Positions 1-7,483 of a stretch of 32,000 nucleotides of DNA are shown in pieces. Each line of letters opens with the position of its first letter. The stretch's first letter is position 1. The stretch is from Mycobacterium phage Rosebush, in the sequence record NC_004684.1, one strand, 5' to 3'. Made by a program: the position numbers and the translations under genes. A model generated the notes under the pieces. It was not told the DNA's origin and made no database searches. It saw nothing but the letters and a program-made list of their open reading frames with translations.

Positions 1-75
1 GTGCGCACGTGTTGTCTCCGGGGAGATTTCCGCGCCGCAACGTGGTATGCGCGGCATTGTCCTAAGCTGCTCGAC

Positions 76-792
76 ATGGCCTCGACCAAGTCATCGCCGT
101 TTGGCAGCTCGCCCGGCGCAACACCTGCACCCGTGTTCAGCGACGCCAGCCCGGAAACGCCGGTCGAACCGGTGACCGGGTTGGTCGGGACCACCACCAA
201 GGTGGCCCTGGCAACGCTGAGCACCTACTACAAGAACCCCCGGCGCGGTAACACCGAGCTGATCGCCAACAGCCTGCGCACGCATGGCCAGTACAAACCG
301 ATCTGTGCCAACATCGGGACCAAGACCGGGCGGCCCAACGAGGTGTTGGCGGGCAACCACACCCTGATGGCCATGCGCGACCTGGCCGAGACCGACGGCC
401 CCGCGTACGGGGAAATCCTGGTGCACTGGGTCGACGTGGACGAGGACACCGCTGCGCGCATCGTGGCCGTGGACAACCGGGCCAGCGAGGTCGGCAGCAC
501 CGACAACGACACGCTCCTGGAGCTGCTGCAAGGCCTGGACCCGGCGAAAGGCCTGGAGGGCACCGGGTTTGACGAGGACTACGTGCAGATGTTGGTGGAG
601 CTGACCTCCGGGCCGCCTGACCTGGACGACCTGGCCGACGAGCACGGCGACCCCAAGGACACCGACGCGCACGACAGCGTGCGCCTGATCCTCGGCCCCG
701 AGGTCAGCCGCCGGTGGACGGCCTGGCGCTCCAACTACCCCGACGACACCGACGCCCTGGCGGCGCTCCTGGACACCGCCGAGGCACCGTGA
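76..792 (+). CDS. ParB-like nuclease/partition-fold protein (ORF is open from nt 1; ATG at 76 preferred)
   Basis: Translation contains ParB/Srx-type features (TGRPNEVLAGNHTLMAMRDLAE, ILVHWVDVDEDTAARIVAVDNRASE). ATG at 76 is preceded by TAAGCT-N7. Last codons overlap the next gene (GTGA at 789-792). Confidence 0.8.
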   Translation: MASTKSSPFGSSPGATPAPVFSDASPETPVEPVTGLVGTTTKVALATLSTYYKNPRRGNTELIANSLRTHGQYKPICANIGTKTGRPNEVLAGNHTLMAMRDLAETDGPAYGEILVHWVDVDEDTAARIVAVDNRASEVGSTDNDTLLELLQGLDPAKGLEGTGFDEDYVQMLVELTSGPPDLDDLADEHGDPKDTDAHDSVRLILGPEVSRRWTAWRSNYPDDTDALAALLDTAEAP

Positions 793-1946
793 ATGATGGC
801 CCTCACCTGCACCTCGCCGTGGCGGCCCGCATGGACACCACACAGATCAACGGCGTGCTACAGCTACGCGACGAGGACGGCCAGCACGTGATCCCCGCGC
901 CGCGCAACATCCTGGTCAGCTACCACTACTTCAAGGGCTACGACCTGAATCGCTTCGCGGGCCTGCGGGTCATTGGCGACTCCGGGGCGTTCTCGGCCAA
1001 GCACCAAGGTGCGGAGATTTCCACCGCGCAGCTCGCGGCGTGGGGCCAGAAATGGCGGCACCGGTTGTGCTGGCTGGCGGCGCTGGACGTGATCGGTGAC
1101 CAGGCCGCGACCCGGCGCAACTGGCACGAGATGGTCGACGGCCACGGCATGCCGGGCGTGCCGACCGTGCACTTTGGTGCCGAGCCGCAGGCGCTGGACT
1201 ACTACGGCAAGCGCGGCGTCGACTTCGTCGGCCTCGGCGGCCTGGTCGGTCGCCCGGCCCCGGCCCAGATGCGCTGGCTGGTGGCCATGTTCCGGTACGC
1301 GCGCGACGCGTGGCCGGACATGCGGTTCCACGGCTGGGGGATCACGCACGCCGACGCGCTCAAGCTCCCGTTCTTCTCGGTGGACAGCTCCGGGTGGGGC
1401 GGCGGCTACCGGTACGGGCGGCTGAGCCTGCGCGACCCGCTGTCCACGAAGGTGCACACTCTGGACCTCAACGGTCGGGAGACCTACGCGCCGGAGGTGG
1501 CCCGCCTGTTGCGCGACCACTACGGCGTCAACCCCTCCGAGGTGGCCACCAGCGGCCCCCACAACCGCCTGCTGATGGTGCGCCTGTCTGCGCTGAGCGC
1601 CAGCGTGCAGGAGCAGCAGTTCCGGCACCTGCACCGGCGCAACCGGGTACCGGCGCCCAAGTGGGGCCAGCTCGACTCCCTGGAACCGACGCACCCGGGC
1701 CCGAACCTGCACCTGGCAGGCACCGGCCAGTGCCGCGACCTCACCACCACCGAGGGCGGTCCGCACCTGCATCAGTCCATGGAGCGCGCCAACAGCTGCG
1801 AGAAGGGCGAGGTCGCCGGTGTCATCGGCCTGCTCGCAGAAGAACATCAGCGGACCAACGCCGGGCCGCATATCCACCTGGCCGAAGGATCCAGCGAGCA
1901 CCTGGAGACGGTGGCCAAACTCAGCCAAGGAGCCTCAGCGCAATGA
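789..1946 (+). CDS. dpdA: DpdA-like 7-deazapurine DNA transglycosylase (TGT superfamily), with a C-terminal extension; alternative start ATG 831
   Basis: TGT/DpdA-like blocks VIGDSGAFSAKHQG, WLAALDVIGD, FVGLGGLVG, MRFHGWGITHADALK, FSVDSSGW; located directly upstream of queC-queD-queE-folE. The track ORF begins at GTG 714, inside the upstream gene; GTG 789 gives a 4-nt overlap. Confidence 0.85.
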   Translation: MNDGPHLHLAVAARMDTTQINGVLQLRDEDGQHVIPAPRNILVSYHYFKGYDLNRFAGLRVIGDSGAFSAKHQGAEISTAQLAAWGQKWRHRLCWLAALDVIGDQAATRRNWHEMVDGHGMPGVPTVHFGAEPQALDYYGKRGVDFVGLGGLVGRPAPAQMRWLVAMFRYARDAWPDMRFHGWGITHADALKLPFFSVDSSGWGGGYRYGRLSLRDPLSTKVHTLDLNGRETYAPEVARLLRDHYGVNPSEVATSGPHNRLLMVRLSALSASVQEQQFRHLHRRNRVPAPKWGQLDSLEPTHPGPNLHLAGTGQCRDLTTTEGGPHLHQSMERANSCEKGEVAGVIGLLAEEHQRTNAGPHIHLAEGSSEHLETVAKLSQGASAQ

Positions 1947-2650
1947 TCGGTTTTCGTTCTCCCCTGGTACTGCTGTCCGGCGGTATGGACAGCTCGACAC
2001 TGCTGGCCTGGGCGCTGGACCGCCCCGACGTTGACCAGGCCAGCGCCCTGTTCGTGGACTACGGCCAGCGCCACGTGGTGGAGCGCGCCAGCTCGCAACT
2101 GGTGGCGCAGCACTACGGCGCGGCGTGGTCGGAGCTGGACCTGCGTGCGTTCGGCGCGTCGGTGAACTCGGCGTTGACGGTCATGGCCCGCGAGGTGCCG
2201 CACGGCCACTACGCCGAGGACAACATGGTCCAGACCGTGGTGCCCAACCGCAACGCCACGCTGATCAGCGCGGCGGCGGGCATTGCCGCCAGCCTGGGCC
2301 ACGACGCGGTGCTGACCGCCGTGCACGTCGGTGACCACGCCGTCTACCCGGACTGCCGCCCTGAGTTCGTGGCCGCCATCGACATGGCCACCTTCGCCGG
2401 GTGCGGCGTGCACGTCGTGGCACCGTTCCAGACCGGCGACAAGGCCGACATCGCCCGCCTGGGCGGCCAGCTCGGCGTGCCGTACCACCTGACCTGGAGC
2501 TGCTATGAGGGCGGCCTCAACGACGCCCGGCACTGCGGACGCTGCGGCACCTGCGTGGAGCGCGCGGAGGCCTTCGCCGAGGCCGGTGTGCCCGACCCGA
2601 CCGAGTACGCCGACGCGGAGTTCTGGAAGCAGGCGGTGGCCAACGCATGA
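1943..2650 (+). CDS. queC: QueC, 7-cyano-7-deazaguanine (preQ0) synthase
   Basis: MIGFRSPLVLLSGGMDSSTLLAWAL (PP-loop SGGMDS), VPNRNATLISAAAGIA, C-terminal zinc site CGRCGTCVERAEAF. ATG overlaps the upstream TGA; 708 nt in frame. Confidence 0.97.
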   Translation: MIGFRSPLVLLSGGMDSSTLLAWALDRPDVDQASALFVDYGQRHVVERASSQLVAQHYGAAWSELDLRAFGASVNSALTVMAREVPHGHYAEDNMVQTVVPNRNATLISAAAGIAASLGHDAVLTAVHVGDHAVYPDCRPEFVAAIDMATFAGCGVHVVAPFQTGDKADIARLGGQLGVPYHLTWSCYEGGLNDARHCGRCGTCVERAEAFAEAGVPDPTEYADAEFWKQAVANA

Positions 2651-3078
2651 GCGAGCTGGTGTTCCTGACGGTCAAGCACCATTTCAGCGCCGGGCACCGC
2701 ATCCCCGGCCTGGCCGGTGCCGGGGGCAAGTGCGCCACACCGCACGGCCACACGTTCGGCGTCGAGTGGACGTTCCAGGTGTCCAGCCTGGACGCCAGCG
2801 AGTTCGAGTTCGCCGAGGCCAAGAAGCTCCTGCGCGGGTGGGTGGATGAGCACCTGGACCACGGGTTCCTGGTCGCGCCGGACGACCTGCTGGTGCGCAA
2901 CACGTTCGCCGACAACGGCTGGAAGTATTTCGAGGTGCCTCCGGTGCCGAGCACCGAGGCCATCGGCGCGCTGCTGTTGCGGGTGGCCAACGGGTTCGAG
3001 GCCATCACCGCGCCGTGCACACAGGTGCTGATCACCGAGGGGCCGCACAACGAGGCCCGGGTGGTGGCGCGCCGATGA
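2647..3078 (+). CDS. queD: QueD, 6-carboxy-5,6,7,8-tetrahydropterin synthase
   Basis: FSAGHRIPG...CATPHGHTFGVEW...WVDEHLDHGFL...PSTEAIGALLLR; zinc His and catalytic Cys motifs of the PTPS family. Confidence 0.95.
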   Translation: MSELVFLTVKHHFSAGHRIPGLAGAGGKCATPHGHTFGVEWTFQVSSLDASEFEFAEAKKLLRGWVDEHLDHGFLVAPDDLLVRNTFADNGWKYFEVPPVPSTEAIGALLLRVANGFEAITAPCTQVLITEGPHNEARVVARR

Positions 3079-3788
3079 TCGACCCCCGCTCCGTGCTCCC
3101 GGTTTCCGAGCTGTTCGGGCCCACCTTGCAGGGGGAGGGGCCGTACGCCGGGGTCACGGTGCAGTTCCTGCGCCTGATGGGATGCAACCTGTCGTGTAGC
3201 TGGTGCGACACCCCCTACACCTGGGACGCGCGCGAGCACGACCTCAACGCGGAGACCACGCTGCTGGCCTGGCCGGACATCGTGGACGCACTGCTGCCGG
3301 ACACTCCGTTGGTCATCTCCGGTGGCGAGCCGCTACTGCACCAGAAGCATTCGGCGTTCCAGGCGGTGCTCCAGCACGCCTGGCGCAAGGGGTGTGAGGT
3401 GCACATCGAGACCAACGGCACCCTGGCACCGCTGGCCGCCACAGTCAGCGGCACCACGGTGTTCGCCGTCTCGCCCAAGCTCAGCCACGCCGGGCCGCAC
3501 CGTGGCCGCCAGGACGCCGCAATCGCCGACGGGTGGGCCGACCTGGCGGTGCAAGGCAAGGCATTCCTGAAGGTCGTGGTGCGCCACAGCGGGGACGTGG
3601 AGTACGTCGCGCACTGGGCCGCCGAACACGAGTGGCCGAAGCGCGCCACCTGGGTCATGCCGGTCGGCACCGATGCGCACACCCTGTTGGCACGCTGGCA
3701 GGAGATCGCCAGCGCCGCCGCGCTGGCCGGTATCAACGCTTCGCAACGCTTGCACGTGCTGGCGTGGGGCGACACGAAAGGGACGTAA
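3075..3788 (+). CDS. queE: QueE, 7-carboxy-7-deazaguanine synthase (radical SAM)
   Basis: FGPTLQGEGPYAG, radical SAM cluster CNLSCSWCDTPYTWD, VISGGEPLLH, VHIETNGT, VSPKLS. ATGA overlap with queD. Confidence 0.96.
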   Translation: MIDPRSVLPVSELFGPTLQGEGPYAGVTVQFLRLMGCNLSCSWCDTPYTWDAREHDLNAETTLLAWPDIVDALLPDTPLVISGGEPLLHQKHSAFQAVLQHAWRKGCEVHIETNGTLAPLAATVSGTTVFAVSPKLSHAGPHRGRQDAAIADGWADLAVQGKAFLKVVVRHSGDVEYVAHWAAEHEWPKRATWVMPVGTDAHTLLARWQEIASAAALAGINASQRLHVLAWGDTKGT

Positions 3789-4363
3789 TGGTCGACATTG
3801 ACGCCGCCGCCTTGGCGGTCAAGGATCTGCTGGGCGCGTTCGGCGTGCCGACCGACGACCACACCGAAGGCACGCCGCTGCGCAGTGCCAAGGCCTGGTC
3901 AGACATCCTCTCCGGGTACCGGGAAGACCCCGCTGACCACCTGGAGGTGACGTTCTCCGCACCGGACGACCCCGGCCAGGTCATCCTGGCCGGTGTGCAG
4001 CTCCAGTCGATGTGCGCCCACCACCTGCTGCCGTTCACCGGCATGGCGACGGTGGCCTACCGGCCATCGCCGGGTGACCGGGTGGTGGGACTGTCGAAGC
4101 TCTCGCGCGTGGTGCAGGGATACGCCCGGCGGCTCCAGGTCCAGGAGCGCATCGGCGCGGACACCGTGGACGCGATCATGGCCCGGTTGCGCCCGGCGGG
4201 CGCGGTGGTTCTGATCACCGCCAGCCACGACTGCATGCGCCTGCGCGGCGCGCAGGAGCCGCACTCGGCCACCACCACCATCGCCAGCAAGGGCCTGGTG
4301 CTGCCACACGAGTGGGACGCGGTGCACCGGGCGCACTGGAGTGCCTATGACACCCACCGCTGA
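3788..4363 (+). CDS. folE: GTP cyclohydrolase I (FolE type)
   Basis: GVQLQSMCAHHLLPFTGMATVAYRPS, VVGLSKLSRVVQGYARRLQVQERI, SHDCMRLRGAQ zinc/catalytic motifs. TAATG overlap with queE. Confidence 0.95.
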   Translation: MVDIDAAALAVKDLLGAFGVPTDDHTEGTPLRSAKAWSDILSGYREDPADHLEVTFSAPDDPGQVILAGVQLQSMCAHHLLPFTGMATVAYRPSPGDRVVGLSKLSRVVQGYARRLQVQERIGADTVDAIMARLRPAGAVVLITASHDCMRLRGAQEPHSATTTIASKGLVLPHEWDAVHRAHWSAYDTHR

Positions 4364-6041
4364 GGTCTCCGACGACTTCTCGACCCCGGAGGCCGAGCTG
4401 GTCTATCGCGCCAGCAAGTCCTGGCCGCCGGAACAACGCGCGGGCCTGCTGGCGCAGCTGGAGGCCGCACGTGCGCGCGAGGCCGTCGTTGGCCGCTACC
4501 GTAACCCCGCCGAGCTGGCGGCCACCGTGGACCCGGGGTTCAACATCACCCCGGCGCTGTGGCTGATTGCCGAGGCCATCGAGGCGCTGCTGCACTCGCC
4601 ACCCGGTGTGACGCGAAACCTGCTCATCACCTGCCCGCCGCAGGAGGGCAAGTCCACCATGGCCTCGGTGTACACCGTCCTGCGTGCCTTGCAGCTCAAC
4701 CCGAACGCGCGCATCATTCTGGCCTGCTACGGCCAGGACCTCGCGCACGGCCACAGCCGCAAGTGCCGCGACCTGATCAAGCGCCACGGCTCCGGGGTGC
4801 GCGACGCCATGACCGGCGCGCAGATCGAGGACAAGCTCGGCCTGAAGCTGGAGCGTGGCGCGAACAAGGTCTCGGAGTGGTCCATTGAAGGCGGCTCAGG
4901 CGGCCTGGTCGCCACCGGCCTCGGCGGCACCATCACCGGTAAGCCTGCGGACCTGTTCATCATTGACGACCCGTACAAACACATGTCGGAGGCCGACTCC
5001 GCGACGTACCGGGCGAAGGTGGACCTGTGGATGGCAACGGTGGCCACCACGCGTCTGGCACCCGGCGCTCCCACGATCCTGATCCAGACCCGGTGGCACC
5101 CCGAAGACCTAGCAGGCAAGGTGCTCACCGCCGAACTGGAGCTACCGAAAGCTCAGCGTACCTGGCGGCACATCAACATTCCCGCCATCGCCGAAGAGGG
5201 GATCAAGGACGCGCTCGACCGTGCTCCAGGTGAGGCCATGGTGTCCGCGCGCGGCCGAACAAAAGAACAGTTCGAGGCCACCAAGCGCAAGGTTGGGGAT
5301 CGTGTTTGGTACGCGATGTACCAGGGTTCCCCGACGAATCCAGCAGGTGGTTTGTTCCAGCGTTCGTGGTTCGAGGACCGGCGTCTCACCGGAACGCCGA
5401 TCCTACCCGTGGCGTCAATAGTTGGCATAGACCCTGCGGACTCCGGAGAGGGAGATGAAACAGGGATCATTGCCGGGACACTGACCGGCGACGGAACGAT
5501 TGCGCTGGTAGAGGACTGGTCGGGACAGATGACCTCCGACGAGTGGTCCCGCCAGGCTGTGACCCTTGCCCTCACGGTGGGCGCGCGCGAAATCGCCATG
5601 GAGGCCTTCGCCACCGCGACCACGTACGTGAAAGTGATCAAGCGCGCGTGGGAACAGATCCACGAGGCGGCGGTGGAGAAGCACAACGCCGGTGGCATCC
5701 TGACGCCGGTGGAGCAGCGCGCCCTCGCGCCGCAGATGCCGTTCGCCATCCACAAGTGGACGGCCAAGGGTGACGCGGTGGGGCGCAGCGCGCTACTGCG
5801 CCAGGCGTGCGAGGTCGGGACGTGCCGCACCGTGGAGTACAAGCTGGCGGTGTTCGAGGACCAGGCGTGCGACTGGCAGGCCGGGCAGCACCAGCCTGAC
5901 CGGGTGGCGGCGGCGCTGATCGCGCACGACCGGCTGGCCGCGCTGGCCACCGGGCGGTCCAACCTGGCCGCGCCGGTGAGCGACCGGCCGAGCGAAGTCC
6001 CGGCCTGGCTCAGGCGCACCATCGGACGCGGTGGCCTTTAG
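4341..6041 (+). CDS. terL: Terminase large subunit (ATPase/nuclease); GTG 4341 or ATG 4347 start
   Basis: Walker A-like LLITCPPQEGKSTMASV, ILACYGQDLAHGHSRKC, Walker B DLFIIDDPYK, TILIQTRWHPEDLAG, nuclease-domain start SIVGIDPADSGEGDETG. Confidence 0.95.
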   Translation: MPMTPTAEVSDDFSTPEAELVYRASKSWPPEQRAGLLAQLEAARAREAVVGRYRNPAELAATVDPGFNITPALWLIAEAIEALLHSPPGVTRNLLITCPPQEGKSTMASVYTVLRALQLNPNARIILACYGQDLAHGHSRKCRDLIKRHGSGVRDAMTGAQIEDKLGLKLERGANKVSEWSIEGGSGGLVATGLGGTITGKPADLFIIDDPYKHMSEADSATYRAKVDLWMATVATTRLAPGAPTILIQTRWHPEDLAGKVLTAELELPKAQRTWRHINIPAIAEEGIKDALDRAPGEAMVSARGRTKEQFEATKRKVGDRVWYAMYQGSPTNPAGGLFQRSWFEDRRLTGTPILPVASIVGIDPADSGEGDETGIIAGTLTGDGTIALVEDWSGQMTSDEWSRQAVTLALTVGAREIAMEAFATATTYVKVIKRAWEQIHEAAVEKHNAGGILTPVEQRALAPQMPFAIHKWTAKGDAVGRSALLRQACEVGTCRTVEYKLAVFEDQACDWQAGQHQPDRVAAALIAHDRLAALATGRSNLAAPVSDRPSEVPAWLRRTIGRGGL

Positions 6042-6508
6042 GCCGCCAGCGCCTCGCGGCCCAGCTGACCAACCACGCCGCGCTGGTAGCCGATGCCGGG
6101 GGCGGCCTCGTAAACGTCGTTCATGCTGATCCACTCGTTGTCCTCGTCGTCGTTGAGCAGTTCGACGGCGGCGGCCAGCGTGCGGCGGTAGGCACCGGGC
6201 AGGTACATGTCGATGGCCTCCGGCGCGATCTCGGCCAGCTGGGCGGCCAGGCCTTCGACGGTGATGCAGTGCGCGTCGCCCATCTTGGTGTCGTAGCTGG
6301 CCAGCTCCTGGTCCAGGTCCACCAGGCCGTACTTGGCCGAGAGGATCATGACCTTGGCGTTGTCCATGTCGGCGGCGATGGCCTGCGCGTTGCGCAGCGT
6401 GTTGGCGAAGTTGGCCGAGGTGTACAGCTCGGCGGCGGCGTGAACGCCTTCGCGCTTGGCCGAGGCGCAGGGGATGATGACCAGCTGGGCGGCGGTGGTG
6501 TTCGACAT
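6038..6508 (-). CDS. DUF6884-like protein
   Basis: MSNTTAAQLVIIPCASAKREGVHAAAELYTSANFANTLRNAQAIAADMDNAKVMILSAKYGLVDLDQEL; PCxxxK and LSAKYGLV pattern. GAAGGAG ribosome-binding site upstream of the ATG (complement 6506-6508). Confidence 0.75.
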   Translation of the reverse strand: MSNTTAAQLVIIPCASAKREGVHAAAELYTSANFANTLRNAQAIAADMDNAKVMILSAKYGLVDLDQELASYDTKMGDAHCITVEGLAAQLAEIAPEAIDMYLPGAYRRTLAAAVELLNDDEDNEWISMNDVYEAAPGIGYQRGVVGQLGREALAA

Positions 6509-6529
6509 CGGGTGCTCCTTCTCGGGGCT

Positions 6530-6588
6530 GGCGGGTCTGTCCCGCCGTGCAAGACCAACAATACGTCGACAGCGCGGTATTGTCTCCC
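6530..6588 (-). promoter_or_regulatory. Promoter plus 5'UTR hairpin module, copy 1 (divergent region)
   Basis: Minus strand: GAGACA (complement 6581-6586), 17-nt spacer, TATTGT (complement 6558-6563), then GGCGGG-ACAGA-CCCGCC hairpin (6530-6546). 57/59 identical to 19155-19213. Confidence 0.75.
6578..6583 (+). promoter_or_regulatory. Candidate -10 element (TATTGT) for a leaderless transcript of the RuvC-like gene
   Basis: TATTGT-ctccctc-ATG(6591); TANNNT 7 nt before the start codon. Confidence 0.5.
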
Positions 6589-6590
6589 TC

Positions 6591-7166
6591 ATGCCTCGGA
6601 TTCTTGGAATCGACACTTCGCTCACCGGAACCGGCCTGGCCAGGGCCGTGCTCCCTGACGTGCAGCGCGGTGTCGACATGCCACGGGAGTGGCCTGCACA
6701 GGTCGACCTGGCCACCGTCGGCGCGAGCAAGCCGAAGAAAGGCGACACCTGGCTGGCCCGGAGCCGTCGGGTGCACGAAGTGCTCGACGGCATCGCCGGT
6801 GCACTGGACGACGGCCACTACGACGCCGTCGGCCTGGAGGAGCTGGCCTACGGCGCGAAGGGCGACGCCGTGGTGGTGCTGCACTGGCTCTGGGGCGAGG
6901 TCGTCAACCTGGTGCGCCTGCGCGACATCCCGCTCTACCTGGTCAACGTGTCCGGCGTGAAGAAGTTCGCCACCGGCAACGGCAACGCCAAGAAAGACGA
7001 GGTGATGCTGGCGATGGCGAATCGGTTCCCGCAGTACACGATCAAGGACAACAACCAGTCCGACGCGCTGGCGGTGTGCATGATGACAGCGCGGCATTGT
7101 GGCGTACCGTTCGAGACCATGCCGCTCAAACACCTGGAGTCGATGACCAAGGTGGTCCAGCAGTGA
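6591..7166 (+). CDS. RuvC-like Holliday junction resolvase / RNase H-fold nuclease
   Basis: MPRILGIDTSLTGTGLA (first acidic residue), YDAVGLEELAYG, LPLYLVNVSGVKKFATGNGNAKKDEV-like block, NNQSDALAVCMM (DxxDA-like end motif). Confidence 0.82.
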   Translation: MPRILGIDTSLTGTGLARAVLPDVQRGVDMPREWPAQVDLATVGASKPKKGDTWLARSRRVHEVLDGIAGALDDGHYDAVGLEELAYGAKGDAVVVLHWLWGEVVNLVRLRDIPLYLVNVSGVKKFATGNGNAKKDEVMLAMANRFPQYTIKDNNQSDALAVCMMTARHCGVPFETMPLKHLESMTKVVQQ

Positions 7167-7483
7167 CCGCCACCGAACAGCCGCGCACGGGAACGTTCAC
7201 GATGGACTTCCGGCACGGCAAGTCCGACCCGCTCCCCTACACTGCCACCGCCGAGCAAATCCGCTACGCCACCGAGCAGGCCGCCAGGCGAGACCAGTTC
7301 ATCGCCGCACTGCACCACGCGAACCCGGCCATGGCCGACGCGTGCTCGGTGTGCAACCCGCCGGTGCGCGCCGTGGAGAACGCATCCGAGCTGTGCTGGT
7401 GGATGCGCCCGCTGCTGCGGTTCCGGCGCTGGCGCTACCAGGCACTGACCCGTTTCGCCGACTGGCTGGAGGACCGAGCATGA
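7163..7483 (+). CDS. Hypothetical protein with a Cys pair (CSVCNPP)
   Basis: 106-aa ORF in frame from GTG 7163 (GTGA overlap with the RuvC-like gene) to TGA 7483; ATGA overlap with the next gene. Confidence 0.7.
   Translation: MTATEQPRTGTFTMDFRHGKSDPLPYTATAEQIRYATEQAARRDQFIAALHHANPAMADACSVCNPPVRAVENASELCWWMRPLLRFRRWRYQALTRFADWLEDRA

Noticed and set aside
1-75. preQ1/preQ0 riboswitch upstream of the modification cassette
   Set aside because: No convincing aptamer structure could be identified by eye in the 75 nt available, and the putative transcript appears to start at the ATG. A real leader would need sequence upstream of the window.
714-788. Upstream start (GTG 714) of the DpdA ORF as given in the track
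   Set aside because: It would overlap the ParB-like gene by 79 nt with Arg/Pro/Gly-rich sequence. GTG 789 gives the 4-nt overlap seen throughout the operon.
1310-1942. N-terminal part of the 446-aa ORF containing QueC
   Set aside because: Sequence before MIGFRSPLVLLSGGMDSS is an out-of-frame reading of dpdA; normal QueC begins near this Met, and ATG 1943 overlaps the dpdA stop.
5793-7133. 446-aa minus-strand ORF spanning the divergent promoter region, translating the duplicated module as MSTYCWSCTAGQTR-type peptide
   Set aside because: The repeated peptide (also in the 18832-19656 minus ORF) arises from the non-coding promoter repeat. The -10 element lies inside it, so it would not be on the transcript, and the remainder is antisense to terL or ruvC.
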